A DNA stretch of 64,000 bases from assembly GCA_951406725.2 (NCBI GenBank), contig OX597823.1, forward strand, positions 65,782,001 through 65,846,000, given 5' to 3'. The stretch's first letter is position 1, and each line of letters opens with the position of its first letter. The notes under the pieces were generated by a model. It searched no databases. It saw nothing but the letters and a program-made list of their open reading frames with translations, and was not told the DNA's origin. Positions 1 through 14,262 of this stretch are shown piece by piece. A program made the translations under genes and the position numbers. The stretch is from Octopus vulgaris (Eukaryota).

Positions 1-140
1 TGTAGTGGCTACAGATCTATCATGGTGTGTGTGTTTAAACATAATTAATGGATAAAATCATCAAAATTAATTAATAAAACCAGTGGCCAGCATATAACAA
101 ATAACCTTTTAGGTAAAATGCATATATATTATATTTAAGG

Positions 141-432
141 GAACCAAAGCTACTATGTCTATATGCGAGCAATAGACGTCAAGTACGTCCAGCCACTTAA
201 AATCTTCACTTTACGTATATACAGGTTGAAAGCGGGAAAGCGGACTGATTAAAAATTCAAAAGTAATTCAGATAGTTTGTGATTGATCAATTTCGAGATC
301 AGTTTAATTATTTTCAAATTTGTAAGCAGTGCACTTTACTACTATCAACGTGTGTATATGTAAGGTGAAGATTTGTAGTGGCTGGACGTATTTGATGGCT
401 ATTTTCAGCATATAAGCATGGCAGCCTGGAAC
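141..432. repeat. Degenerate inverted repeat (~135-bp arms), MITE-like or two opposed copies of a short repeat
   Basis: Left arm TACGTCCAGCCACTTAAAATCTTCACTTTACGTATATAC matches the reverse complement of right arm GTGTATATGTAAGGTGAAGATTTGTAGTGGCTGGACGTA, with similarity extending on both sides. Confidence 0.7.
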
Positions 433-730
433 TATGTGGCGAGCACATCTCAAATCAGTACTCCAGGCGGATGAGAACAAAGGTCCTCCACAGGATCAAC
501 ATGACATCTTAGTCTCTTATGTCTTGTCAATGATGTGTCTTGTAATGGTAATGCGTTCCGAAGGTACGGATTTGCACAAGCACTGTTTAAATTGTTAGTT
601 TTCTCCAATTGTAGTGTTTAACTTCCTTGGCAATCGTTTTCATAGAGCTTTAAAAAGTTCTGACATAATATCTCCAGATATTTCAGTTCTAGGTGGTATA
701 CGCTTCCCGAAAGTGCACTTTCACCAACGT

Positions 731-793
<63 letters not shown>

Positions 794-1340
794 TCTTGTG
801 TACAGCCCTTTTCAGCTAAAATTTTTTTACTGCTCAAGATAGTCAATAGCACTGTTGTATCATTCCTCGCAGATTTAATGATATTTCGCCTTGCAAATCG
901 AAATGATTCTTAAACATTTCAAGCCATAGTCTAATGACTGAAACAAGTAAAACATAAACAATAAAAGGTACGTACATTTACATTGGCTAAAATGCTGATA
1001 AATAGTCGTTTGCTGAGAGAAATATGCTGTTTATGACTTCTTAGAATTTATCCGAGTTGCTACAGGAAAGGATTTTTTAACTCATCCTAAATTTAGTGGT
1101 CATAATTAAAAAATCTTCCAAAGCAGAAGCACTGCACTCTGAGGTTACCGCAACGCACAAACTGCGTGAATTGAATTTAAACGCATATAAACACGTGTGC
1201 ATTAGTAATATACATGCCGAAAAAACAGACACACATGCACACATATACAGACGTGCAGGCATGCATGCATACATATATACATAAACACACATGCACACAC
1301 GCACACACACATGTATATATAAATATATATATATATATAT

Positions 1341-1642
1341 ATTATATTAAATTAGAGACAAAACCACTATTATGCAAATCAAACAAAGAAAGACTTAAGC
1401 CAATACATAAAATAATTTATATAAATTTAGAAATTTAACAATTATAAATAACCACTACGATCGTTTCATGTCTTATTTCAGCACATCTTTAAGACATTCT
1501 TCAGGTGGTTTCAAAACCTTTTTGGCGAGTTTTAAACTATGGTTTTGTCTCTAATTTAATATAATATAATATTTTACTATAAAATTGGATTCAATCCTAA
1601 ATCTGATTTTTCCCTGTAAATTTGGATTTATTCCCTAATATT

Positions 1643-1647
<5 letters not shown>
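1341..1647 (-). mobile_element. HHR-bearing PLE pseudo-LTR-like element (family A) with short inverted duplication, in (TA)n
   Basis: 1341-1366 is the perfect reverse complement of 1540-1565; 1341-1510 is homologous to 24187-24321; 1540-1647 is the reverse complement of about 24105-24212; (TA)n on both sides. Confidence 0.75.
1450..1510 (-). ncRNA. Type I minimal hammerhead ribozyme
   Basis: Minus strand reads aaccac CUGAAGA augucuua-aagaugugcugaaa-uaagacau GAAAC gauc GUA gugguu: 6-bp stem I, 8-bp stem II, intact core, palindromic stem III ACGAUCGU. Confidence 0.85.
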
Positions 1648-1675
<28 letters not shown>

Positions 1676-2224
1676 GATATCCATGCTTCGATAATTATTA
1701 CATAATACATTTCTATGACATTTTTTATTATTGTAAACAATTCTCTGAGGCCTAACGTACATATCGAACGCGCCAAAACGCACATTCACAGACACATAAA
1801 ATTCATATACAAAATCTGACGTCGTCGTTGTTGTGGTAAAAAATGTCCTTCACTATAGTTGACTATAGAAAGATTACTTTGATAATATGTTATGTTGTTT
1901 TAATCCAAATGAAGATAAAAATTACATGTTGACACTGGTGGAGTCTAATACTATTCCCTTGTAAAATTTGATTTGGTCGAGCCATTTGAGCCATTTAAGA
2001 ATGAATAGAAAACAGACAAACAGAGAGACAAAGAGATTATCATTGAGCGTCCGTCTCCAATGCTGTTGTGAAACGTTGGTCAATGTAGTAGCAAGTGGCA
2101 AGCCGGAGATATGAAGCCTGTTGCAACTTTCCGGCTTACCAGCTCCTGTCAAGCTGCATTGAGGATGAATGATGACGATGATGATGTGATGATGTTGATG
2201 ATGACGATGAGGAAGAGGACTGCA

Positions 2225-2273
<49 letters not shown>

Positions 2274-2731
2274 TATATAAGTGCATACAGGCTACCACAA
2301 ACACGCACACAAACAAAATACACACATATAGAAGTTAGATAACTGCATACATTCATGTAAACGCTCATGAAGTGATACATACATAGATACATATTTACAT
2401 ACGTAAAACCAAATATATGTGCAAGAATATATAAGTACATACATATATGCATCGATACGTACAGTCATATCGGAAAATCAGAAAGCTATTGTTACAAGCC
2501 GGTTATTTTCAATTTCCTAATTGCAGCAACACACTGTCTACTGCAATTATTCATGAATTGTAATGCAAAATAGTTCACAGCATATTTCATAAAGTTCATG
2601 ACTTCAAAACTCGACTAAGAAAACGAATTCTTTTTTAAAATTTCTTACTTTTACAATGCATTACAAATTTATTTCATTCAAAGTCTGAAGAATTGAATAC
2701 GAAAGTGAGAATATAGACAAGACCCACTTAA

Positions 2732-2764
<33 letters not shown>

Positions 2765-2855
2765 TATATATATATACACATGTATGTACGTGTGTGGAAA
2801 CTACTTCCTTCAGAATAATATTCAGATATATATCACAACACTTCTATATATACGC

Positions 2856-2928
<73 letters not shown>

Positions 2929-3116
2929 GCATATTTCTATACGTATATGAAATACATACATATACACAGTCATAAACACACTTACATGAGCACATATGCA
3001 GAGAAAAGCGTTCACATTTATACATACATTTATATATACAAATGTATGTATGTATGTGGGAGCTGCCTTCCTTCTGAATGGTACGGATAGATATATATCA
3101 TAATACTTTGTATAAC

Positions 3117-3174
<58 letters not shown>

Positions 3175-3353
3175 TATGTATAATCATACAAAGTATTCTG
3201 ATATATATATCTATCAATAAAATACTGAAAATACCCACATACATATATGTGTATATAGAAATCTGAACGCTTTTTCTGTTCATGTGTGCGCATGTAAGTG
3301 TGTTTGTGTCCGCGTTTGGGCGTGTATCTATTTCATTCACACACACACACGCG

Positions 3354-3395
<42 letters not shown>

Positions 3396-3520
3396 ATGAA
3401 AGCACTGGCACAGTTTCCATTACCTGTTGTTATCCGTAGATTTATTGCAGGAACATCGTAGTAGCGGTTGGGGGTAATAGTATTAATAAATTAGATGGAA
3501 AGTGTAATATATTTTTTATT

Positions 3521-3562
3521 GAGAACGACACATGTTTCGACCCATTCTGGGTCTCTTCGTGT
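3521..3562 (-). ncRNA. Decayed hammerhead-like motif
   Basis: Minus strand ...cacGAAGA gaccca-gaa-uggguc GAAAC augu GUC; the CU of the core is lost and stem I is not evident. Confidence 0.4.
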
Positions 3563-4488
3563 ACATCAATAATATGTCTCATAAGAGATGTCTTGTGTGG
3601 GATTACGTTCCACTATAATTCCATTAAATTCGCGTATGAGTAAAAACAGAAAAAATATTGAAACGCAAAAAATTAAAATACGAACGTGAAAATTATACAT
3701 GCCAGTTTAGAAAAAAATGACTTAATGACCCTTCGTTGGTGTAACTGTTAAGAGAAAGAAAAGGAAGTAGAAGTTGAAAGGAAGATAATACTTACAGGAA
3801 AATTCTTTTGTATTCGTGCTTCGTCGGACATATACATACACAGATACATAAATATGTACGCACATATACATACGCGCTCACACATGCACATCCATGTATA
3901 TGGGCATATATAACTAGATACATGCGCATACGCACGCGTATGGACGAATACATACATATATATGTATAGTAACTCATATAGGCAGGTACACACGTATATA
4001 TATACACATAAATTGCATATTTATATATGCTATTTACGTATATTCATGTATATATATATACGTGTGTACCTGCCTATATGAGTTATATAAATATGTGCAT
4101 ATATAAATATATGCATATATTCGTACGTAAAGCAAGAAACAAACGCCTGTGTAAAGTTTGACACACACACCCATGTTAATACACTCGTGTCTACACATAA
4201 GTAAATATACACACGCATATACATACATATACACATACATATACACACATATACGTATATGTATTCATATGCACACATAAACATACGCCCGCGTACACGT
4301 ATACACAGATTCACACTAATATATACATACACCTACAAAAAACGCAAATGCGCACATTATATACACACAAATATATATATATATATATATATGTGTGAGT
4401 GTGTGTGTACATATAGGCACACACACACGCACATACACACACACATGAAGTGTATGTACGTATGTCTATATCTATATCTACCTATCTC

Positions 4489-4519
<31 letters not shown>

Positions 4520-4556
4520 GTCTGTCTGTATGTCTGTCTATCTATCTATCTATCTC

Positions 4557-4605
<49 letters not shown>

Positions 4606-5829
4606 GTTTGCATATATGTGTATATATCTGTTGGTGTATGTGTTTGTGTGTGTGTGTGTGTGTGTACATGTACATGTATACATGCACCCAACTGCTAATA
4701 TCTATAACCCTCTCAATATTATCCTGCAATAATTATTATTCACCAAGTATACAGTTGCAGTACATTTTTTAACACTAAGATACAACTTCAAATATATTTT
4801 ATACATTTATATTTCTAAATTCATTGTATGATTTCTTGGGAAATTCTTTCGTACGGTTTCATTTCAGTTTCTGATCTCTCTCTATAATCTTGTTATATTC
4901 TTGTTGTTTTAAGAAAATGATGTTTAAAAAATATTTATTGTTGTGCTTTGTTTTGTCTTTCACTTAAATTCGGCGTCTCAAACACCTTCCACACTCAAAT
5001 TTGCAAGCTCCTATGTTGATACATTTAGTTTTTTACTTACCTTCGCTTCTGGTTAGGTATAATGGAGCTCATTTTACTTATTTTAGTCACATTGTATTTT
5101 TGCTCTAATTTCCACATTGATCACAGACACGCACGAACACACCTATATTTATGTACTTAATTTATATATATAAATTGAATATAGTAAAAACATTGAAAGG
5201 GCATAAAGGAGTAGATACAGTGAAATTGCGTATTGCACACAATTTAAAATAGCGACAGCAAAACATTATACTACCATGATGCAAATCATAGATGGAATCT
5301 AATCAGCTATATAGAAACCAAGGAGAATTTTGGATGACGAATATAGTTCAGTTTGTAAATTTTCTGATCAGGATATCAGCATTTTGGAGTGATTTGTCCA
5401 GTTAAGACTTGCGTGCAATATGTGTTACTCCATTTACTTGCTCTCCATATGTAGCACGCAATTAAAAATTCTTGCAGAATATGTGAAATATTTCAAGCAA
5501 AATTATATTTGTGTTGCCGAAAGCTAAAAGCAAGTGGTATTCATATGCAATATTATGGAACCAGCAAAAGAAAATACATTTAACAAAAAAAAAAAAACCA
5601 TAATGGCGTGATACAGAAACGCCAATACGGCAAAATGTTCAGCAAAATGATAAACAAATATAGAAAAAAATATTGTTCCTTCTATGGATAAGCTGTTCTA
5701 CAGAAAAGTAGCTAATGAAGTTGAAATACTACAATATAGCCTCGTTGTATTTGAGAGGAGTAAATACATTCAGTATTCATTATTTTTGGTATCATCAATA
5801 TCAGCTGCAGCAGCAACGGCAACAGCAGG

Positions 5830-6285
5830 AGGGTAGAAGAAAAAGAAGAAAAAGAAGAACAAAGGAGGGGGAGGAGGAAGAAGATGAGTAAGCGGAGGAG
5901 GAGAAGAAGACAAGGAAAAAGAGGGACAAAAATAAGAAAAAGAAGAGGGAGAGGAAGAAGAAGAATATAGGAGGAAGATGAGGAAGGGGAGGATAGGTGG
6001 AAGAGAAGAAGAAGAGGAAGAAGATAGGAGGAGGAGGAGGATAGGTGGAGGAGAAGAAGTGGAAGACGATAGGGGAGGAGGAGGAGGAAGATGTGATGAG
6101 GAGGAGGTGGAAGAGGAGGAAGAGAAGAAAGCAGAGGAGAGGCGAAGGGGAAGAAGAAGAAGAAGAAGAAGAAGAAGAAGAAGGAGTAGAAGAAGAAGAA
6201 GAAGAAGAAGAAGAAGAAGAAGAAGAAGAAGAAGAAGAAGAAGAAGAAGAAGAAAAGGAAGAAGATGATGATGATGATTTTGATG
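5830..6285. repeat. Polypurine (GAA/GAG/GGA)n low-complexity tract
   Basis: Direct reading; accounts for the overlapping poly-E/R/S/F/L ORFs. Confidence 0.95.
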
Positions 6286-7241
6286 AACCACACAACAACT
6301 ATAATGAAGAAGAATCTCGTAAAAGTAAGTAAATTTAATATATTTAATTAATTTCCAAATGCACTGACGACTAAAATCTTTAGATATCATCCAAAGTAAT
6401 GTTTATTACTAGAAATATATAATACTGACTCGTCCATAATTTATGTAACAGAGCTAAGAGTCGAAAATGTGTCTACTATTCAAATGAGTCTATCGGAATT
6501 AGTGATAAGCGTATCAACAGTAGTTACAAATACAAATTTACAGTCGGTTTAAGTATAGGATATTCGATTGCTTATGGAGACTATTAAACTAGAAAGTTTC
6601 CTTCTGTGGATATGTCCATGATGAGGGTGCCTAATGAACACGGCAGTCCCTTACGACTGTCTCATGTATAGTGTAAATTTAATGAATATATAATTTACTA
6701 AAGCTGTGATGGTTAAAAGCTTCAAGCGTAGTTCGTAGTAGCCTTTAGTATGAGAAATAAACTGTTTGTATATCAGTAATTTGCATACCACATAATGGCG
6801 CACATACCACATAATGGCGCACATTAAGATTGCACCATATAGTCTAACAACGGCTGGAGCAACACAGTTGGAGATAAATAATTACCATGAAGCAAGTAAA
6901 GTTTGTATTTAATGTGATAATGGCAATTCTATAAAGCTGTCGTTGCTGCTTTTGCTTATTGGTTTGAGGATAACTGTGAAGAAGGGAATACACATGATTA
7001 AATACTTTGAAAACGAGACAAACATCACTTTCCTTTGTGCAAAATATATGAATGAAATTAATGTGAGTAACATGAACTTTTCTTTTTAAGAGTATAATGC
7101 ATGTTTTGAGGGAGATTTGGCTACTGTTTCTGACAGGTCGATTGTCACAGTAAAGGTGTCCTAATTAGCTTGCAGTTTGCTTTTAGAAAAATTGGGAGGC
7201 CACTTCAAATTTTTAGAAAGTAGTTAATAATTTATTGCTGT

Positions 7242-7354
<113 letters not shown>

Positions 7355-7784
7355 ATGTATGTATACGGGTAGATGTATTCCAACTTTTACAGTCCTGTCT
7401 CTTAAAGGTTTTCTAAGACTACAAGCTCTAATGAAGCTCTTTGGTTTCAATTAAATTTGACTGCTATATCTAACCAGCATATTGACCCCATTGAAGAGCC
7501 GCATTCGTCTCCTCATTATATAAAAAGTTTAAATAATTATTAGTTGGAATTAATAACCATATGAAGGCCATACAAATTGATCTTCCATATTTTCAGAATC
7601 ATAATATTATATCACATGATGCTCATGGAAACACCATTGTTAATAATATCTCAGCAAGCAATACATAATATTAATGAAATAGTTGCAGAACATTGGACAT
7701 TGGAAACAAAGCATCCATTTAAATAGTAATAAACCTCTCAAATAAATACGCTACGTGAATCCACAGTTACACTATGGATATTAT

Positions 7785-9663
7785 CGTTTCTGGTGAGTTT
7801 GTCTAAAGCAATTCGTCTAAAATACAATTGATCTAAATGTAATTTCTCTAAAACAATTTGTCTAAAGCAATTTCTCTAAAACGGTATTAATCCTGAAACA
7901 ATTTGTCTAAAATACAATTTGACTGAAAAATAAAAATTTGTTTCTTTTTTGATGATTTGTAGGAAGTGGAAAGGAATAGTTGTTTACTCATAGTATTTAG
8001 TATAAATAGTTGTTTGTGATAATATGGAATAAAACTAGTTGTTTACTAGAAAAAAAAACTAGTTGTTTTCTAAATCAATTTATTTGGAATTTTTCACAGT
8101 GAAAAGACCCATTGCCAAAGATGTCTGCTGAATTTGCTGAATAAGAAAAAACGTCATAAGAAGTTGGTTGATAATAGACATACATACTATAAGAATGGTG
8201 AAAATGGCAAATGTTTTTATTGGAAGTGCGAAAAATATCCCCGAAACAAAATACTGTGCTGGCATAATTATTGTAAAGGATGAAATTGTAATGTGTTCTA
8301 ACGACCATAATCATACATAAGGGGCCGCTGAAATTGTAGCAAAAGAAGCCGTTTCAAAAATACGGCAACTGGCTACGTCAACAGAAGATGAACTCCATTC
8401 AATTGTATCAAAGTGCTCTCCATGATTGCGACCAAGCTGTTGCCTCCAAACTACCAAAAATGCAAATTATTAAGAGAACAATAAGATCTATAAGGCGACA
8501 AACCCTTAATGGACCGCCCCTACATTCAACTTGCAGTGAAATAGTTTTCCCATCTGATCTTACTAAATCTTTTAAACGTGATCAATTTCTGTTTTACGAC
8601 TCAGGACCAACTGAAAAGTGTATTGTGATATTTGAGACAAGACGTAATTTGCAGTGTTTATCACTAGGCAGTCTCTGGTATGCAGACGGCACCTTTAAAA
8701 TAGTCCCTTTATTATTTCACCAGTTATATATCATACATCGATTAAAAGAGAAAGCTTAGCTACCGCTCATGTTTGTGTTATTGCCGGACAAAACAGAAGA
8801 AACATATATAACGTTTTTGCACGGGATAAAGAAACTTGAACCATCATGAGCGCTATTGCCAATGAACATCCATTTTGAGAAAGCGATGATGAAAGCGGCT
8901 TTGAAAGAATTTCTTAGTGCAGAACAGAGCTGTTACTGTTTCCACTTCAGCCAATGTATTTTTCGTGTAATTAAAAGTAATGGTTTAAAATGAAAATGCG
9001 AAACAGACCCTAGTTTTGCTTTAGTAATGAGGATGCTACCAGCTCAAGAGAAAGAACGCGCGCCGCCCAACTCTCTTCCCACTAAGAATGTGAAATTTAA
9101 GAGTTTTTGATGATTTGCCCAAAATAAATAACTCTCTCGAACGATGGCATCGATCATTCGAAACCCAAACATATGGAAATTTATCAACTAGTTACGAAAA
9201 GAACAATGTCTAAGCAAGATTCGAATTGAGCAGTATATTGCTGGAATGTAAGCAGAACCTCCAAGGAAGCGCTATCGAGATACTGCAAAACGAATAAAAA
9301 GTCTTGTTCAAAATTTTGATCCACACAATATTATTGATTACGATCGTGGTATAGCACACAGCCTTTCCATTTAAGACTTAATAAATCCTTTCAGTAAATA
9401 CTATTTTTTGCTTTTTAAGCATTTTGAATTAAAATAATCCTAATGTTTCTATAAATAGTTAACAGCTTGTTATAAACCCAAGGAATTATAAATTGTGAAT
9501 AAAAAATCCGAATTCATCAAAAACAATTATTATTGTTAGTGAGATTGTGTTTTCGACAAATTGTTTCTAGATTAATACTGTTTTAGACAAGTTGTTTTAC
9601 ACAAATTACATTTAGATCAATTGTATTTTAGATGAATTGTTTTAGACAAACGTACCTAGACCC
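7785..9663 (+). mobile_element. Full-length Mutator-like (MULE) DNA transposon with TIRs and TSD
   Basis: TIRs of ~140 bp (about 7785-7930 and 9530-9663) built of AAAACAATTTGTCTA-like subrepeats; direct repeat GGATATTAT at 7776-7784 and 9664-9672; transposase remnants inside. Confidence 0.9.
8100..9375 (+). pseudogene. Disrupted FLYWCH-MULE transposase
   Basis: FYWKCEK...HNH (FLYWCH zinc finger), WYADGTFKIVPLLFHQLYIIH (first catalytic D, ORF 8388-8759), CFHFSQCIFR (CxxH-region motif), NNSLERWHRSF (catalytic E); stops and frameshifts between blocks. Confidence 0.9.
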
Positions 9664-9899
9664 GGATATTATAGCTAGAGAACCTAACTGATCCAATGCT
9701 GTATGTACCTGAACCCGACAGCATACGCAAGAATAAACTTGGACCAGTGCTTTATTCTAACTACAGTTCGTTCGCTCAAGAATAGTTATTTTATCTTAGC
9801 GGTATTCATATTTTTCTGTATACGATGCAAATAAAATATTTTCCGACTACTCAAATATATTTTCCATGGAGATCACTTCAGCTATTACGCTCAGGGAAT

Positions 9900-11666
9900 T
9901 AAAACAGTAAAACAACAAGTAATAAAACTGAATTAAAGCTACAACCATAACTGGGACGACAAGCGAATTGCTAAATAACTAATTCCAAAGATTCTTCACC
10001 TCTTCACTCGGAAACGTACAAATAAACAAGCTTGAAGAGTTTTTCAACATTACAGATCTACATGGGGAAATAGGAAACCATAGATCATATCGACATGATA
10101 GAAGATTTAATGTCTGCAATTGCTGAGATAAACTCGACCTTACAAGTGGCCCAGAGAGACTTCTGGCCGTTCTTAAAGACACACAAGACAGCTATTGAAA
10201 AGCAACTTCAGATGCTTTTCCAGAGTTTTCTTGCATGTAGGAAACTTCCCAAACTGATAAGAGAAGGTAGCTATCATATACCCTGTATAAAAATAAGGCA
10301 GCAGAACGGATCCTAAAACTTCTAGGCCTGTCTCTCACTTTACATGTTAACAATTTCATGGAACACGTTGTCAGGAGGAGGCTGATCACGTTCCTGGAAA
10401 CAAATAACTAGCTCACAAACACACAACATGGTTTCCATCAGTAGAAAAGCTGTTTTTCATAGCTACTACAGCATTAACTTTGAGTACGGAAACAGCAGCT
10501 CAACTGCTCAAATATAGAGGTGATATATCTTGACTTTGCCAAGGCCTTTGACAAAGTTGATCATGGAATATGTGACAAACTGAGTCACCTCGATATCAAT
10601 GGAAAACGAGAGAATGGTTGTATGACTTTCTAAAAGACAAAAATGCGACAGCTGCAGCCAATAGTTCTCTCTCCAGGGAGACATAAGCCCGCAGTCGAAT
10701 CCCTCAAGGAACTGTTCTGGTAGCTCTACTGTGTAGTTCTCTCTCAGACATGAACTCAGCCTAATACTCAACTGCTCTCAGCAGTTACGCTGTTGATATA
10801 AAAATATCACAGTCTTCCAAGGACCTTGATAACATGCTAAAGCTGCAAAACTACTTGCATGTGGTATACATGTAGGCCGATGAAAACAACATGTAGTCTA
10901 GTGCCTAAAAGTTTCAAGTACCCCACTCCCGGTCCTCAACATACAGGATCAGGGGTTAGTGTACTCCTAGAATCAGAGTTGGTGCACAACGTGGGAATCC
11001 ACATGAGTAATGATGCAACATTCCATGCGCATATTATCAACATGGGAACACTACAGGCGGGTAACTGGGCAAATTCTGAAATGATTCAGAACCGGAAAAA
11101 GGATACCATGCTAATCTTATGGGAAACTTTCGTTCTCAGTTATCCGGATTACTGCTCGCAAATGTGATCACTGCGGACGTTATGATGGTGGTGGAACTTG
11201 AGGCAATCCACCGCCACTACGCAAAGAAGATTAACTTGCTGAGACAGATGAGCTATTGGGTGTGGCTAAAGGAAGTAAGACTATAATGCCAAGAGAGAAG
11301 TCATGAAAGATATAAAGTTACACATTGAGGAGTCTGGAAGATCGAGCTCTCAACTTAAGAATCAAACACCGAAATGGACGGCACAGCATAATACCAAAGA
11401 TATCATTTTCTCCATCTCGAAGAAGGACGTAGTACTGTAGCTTCTTGTGTTTCAGAGGTCCACAACTGTTCAACAAACTGCCAAACAACCTCAGAGATTT
11501 GCGAGATGAGGTCTGGATAAAATTTGATCTGAAATATCACATGGTTCTACATTGCAGCAGGAGACTTAAACCAGTGTAGTAAGGAATACGCAGACAAAAC
11601 ACGCTAAAAGGCGGTACTCCAGCACCACCCCAGCTTTTGTCTTAAAACGACATAATATTAAAGGAA

Positions 11667-11667
<1 letters not shown>
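9900..11667 (+). mobile_element. Degenerate CR1/L2-group LINE (RT and 3' end)
   Basis: Frame-broken RT motifs from about 10270: RPVSLT, QHGF, VIYLDFAKAFDKVDHG, YAVD (YADD), later DYCS and GPQLFNKLP; ends at (TA)n. The 5' boundary is approximate. Confidence 0.85.
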
Positions 11668-11708
<41 letters not shown>

Positions 11709-12408
11709 GCAAACAAACAAATACACACGTACTAGAATAGTAAGTTATATAATATAGTACATTTGAAGAGCGTGGACATCTGATAGAAAGACAGTATCAT
11801 GCAATACTAAAATAAAATACATACACCATTGTAGCCAATACTTAACAAGACATTAATAGAACAACAAATTAAGATTTGGAAGAGAATGTGAGAGGAGGAC
11901 GGTGATATGGAGTAATATATCGAGACAATGGTCCATAAAATCTGCAGTAACGTTAGTAGTAACATATTTAGTGACGTGTCACCAAATACAAATGATTTGA
12001 TGTTTAGTGCGCCACTCGGTATATTTAGTCAGTGATTTTTTTATATTGGTAGTTAAGCAAGAGCAATAAAATCTCTGAATCATACATAAAATTATAAGAG
12101 AGAGAGGCAAACCACAAGTTATATTACGAATTAGCCGAAATAAATAATTTGAAAATGATCAAATGGATAAAATTTTTTTTATATATAACATAATAATTTG
12201 TAGCTGCCTTCTGAGTGCTTTCTGCATCATATATGATACCATTAGCAGAATACTAGGAGTCACTGGCCAAAGTGGATTACAGTGGAATACAGACGGCCTA
12301 TTCGTTGACGTACGAAGGCAGACACTTATATGAAGGAATATGTAACAACAATGCTGCTGGTTTCAAATTTTGGTACGAAATGACACAGAGGGGCGAGTGC
12401 AGATTGCA

Positions 12409-12409
<1 letters not shown>

Positions 12410-12465
<56 letters not shown>

Positions 12466-12466
12466 G

Positions 12467-12503
<37 letters not shown>

Positions 12504-12633
12504 GATGATGATGAGGAGGAGGAGGATGATGATGATGATGATGATGAGGAGGAGGAGGAGGAGGAGGAAGAAGAAGAAGAAGAAGAAGAAGAAGAAGAAG
12601 AAGAAGAAGAAGAAGAAGAAGAAGAAGAAGAAG

Positions 12634-12674
<41 letters not shown>

Positions 12675-12683
12675 GAAGAAGAG
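12410..12683. repeat. Compound microsatellite (AAAT)(AAT)(GAT)(GAG)(GAT)(GAG)(GAA)(CAA)
   Basis: Direct reading. Confidence 0.95.
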
Positions 12684-12887
12684 GACACCGGGGACGCTTA
12701 ACATTTGAGAGCGATAAAACACTGCTCTGAAATATATAATATATAATAATAATAACGTACAGGTTTCTAAGCACTTGAAAAACCGCTGAAATCTTGTGGA
12801 TAACTAAGGTTAGTGGTAGTAACTCGCTACCCACATATATTCTGCCAGGAATAAAACCGTACCTGATCCAAACCAATATAATGATAA

Positions 12888-13412
12888 TGCAGTACCAGGC
12901 ATTGAATCCCATTGCTTCTGATCTTAACTGATTGGAAGTGTTATCATGTATATGTTTTGTCTCGATATTACAGATGGAATACAGAAAATATTCTGCTCAA
13001 TACCACAGAGTTGTTTGCCAATTGCTTGACCTTAATCAGCTGAGCATGTATATTAATGGTTGACGATATGTACATCGCTGATCACGAGCAAAGATTGCGG
13101 GCGAGTATCATAGCCGTATTCAGAGGAATTCTTTCTGGAATCATGGGTGTTTCATTCATCATCCTTAAACGAACCCTATTCAGGGACGTCTTGAGCGCAA
13201 TGGGCTCCTCGACCTGAAAAGAAATTTAACATGGCCTCACCTGCAAGGTCATCCTCTGTTTATCATATGTCGGGCACATATGGTTGTGAGGCATGTGGCT
13301 GGTGTACCCTAATCTGACGGGTATTCATGATACGTACATTAAGTTTCGTATATATGTACCCCAGGGTCACTTTGATGGCATGTGCTGGTCTCTCAGTGAT
13401 AATAATAATAGT
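12888..13412 (+). mobile_element. Interspersed repeat bounded by (AAT)n-like runs, probably a non-autonomous retroelement
   Basis: Complex, higher-GC block that begins after and ends in AAT repeats; resembles a common octopus repeat from memory only. Confidence 0.4.
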
Positions 13413-14262
13413 AATGAGTTTCAACATATCAGGGCTAGATATATAAAGATCAAGTACTTGTTTAGACTAACGTTCCTATATCTTTAGAATTTTAGAACCG
13501 AAGGTGGTTTTCATTTTAACAATTACCTTTGCGAAAGTGTGTGTTACGTGCAACTGGATTTCTGCAAATGGATCGACATCTGCCTACTTTCAGCTTTTGA
13601 GTCAAGGTGTTTATATATCTGATAAGGCAAAAGGTGTCATATCATGGTATATCAAAATAATCTCATTCTGTTTATTCTGATTTAAAATGGTGTGTAATTA
13701 AGTTATGCCAAAGTAGATATTGCAGTAAAACATTGATGTGGTGTTCGCTTGTATGGCAATCATGCAATATCTAAGTGATCCACATATTTGTCATTCATTA
13801 TCGTTGTATCATATGATAATTCGATAACACTGTTCCTTTACGTATCCGTTTATCTCGTTCATGAATAACAGATACCATTTTTCTGTGTATCCATAAATAG
13901 TTTCAAGCATTGGAGAACAGATATGCTGGGGAATTGACTTTAAGTGTTTAGTCAACTAGATCGATCCAGGTAATTTTGTTTTACGACTGGTACTCACGAT
14001 ATCACATTCTTTTGCTGAAATTCTAAGTTATGGAGATACAAACAAGCCAACAATTGTCAAGCTGGGTGAGACAAACAAAAGGACACACACACATTTACAC
14101 ATGTTTATACAAACACACATACACACACACGCACACTCATACACACACACACATACATACACACATATATATATGAAGTAAATGTAAAGATAAGCAAGTT
14201 AGACAGATCAATATATAAAGTGTATTGTATATTAAATACATGAAATACTGAAAATGTATATA

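Noticed and set aside
6045-6332. Acidic poly-E ORF ending at a GTAAGT donor-like site
   Set aside because: Made of GAA/GAT repeats, with no credible acceptor or partner exon; a chance donor motif is likely
6784-6821. 19-bp exact tandem duplication CATACCACATAATGGCGCA
   Set aside because: Isolated slippage or repair duplication with no associated element
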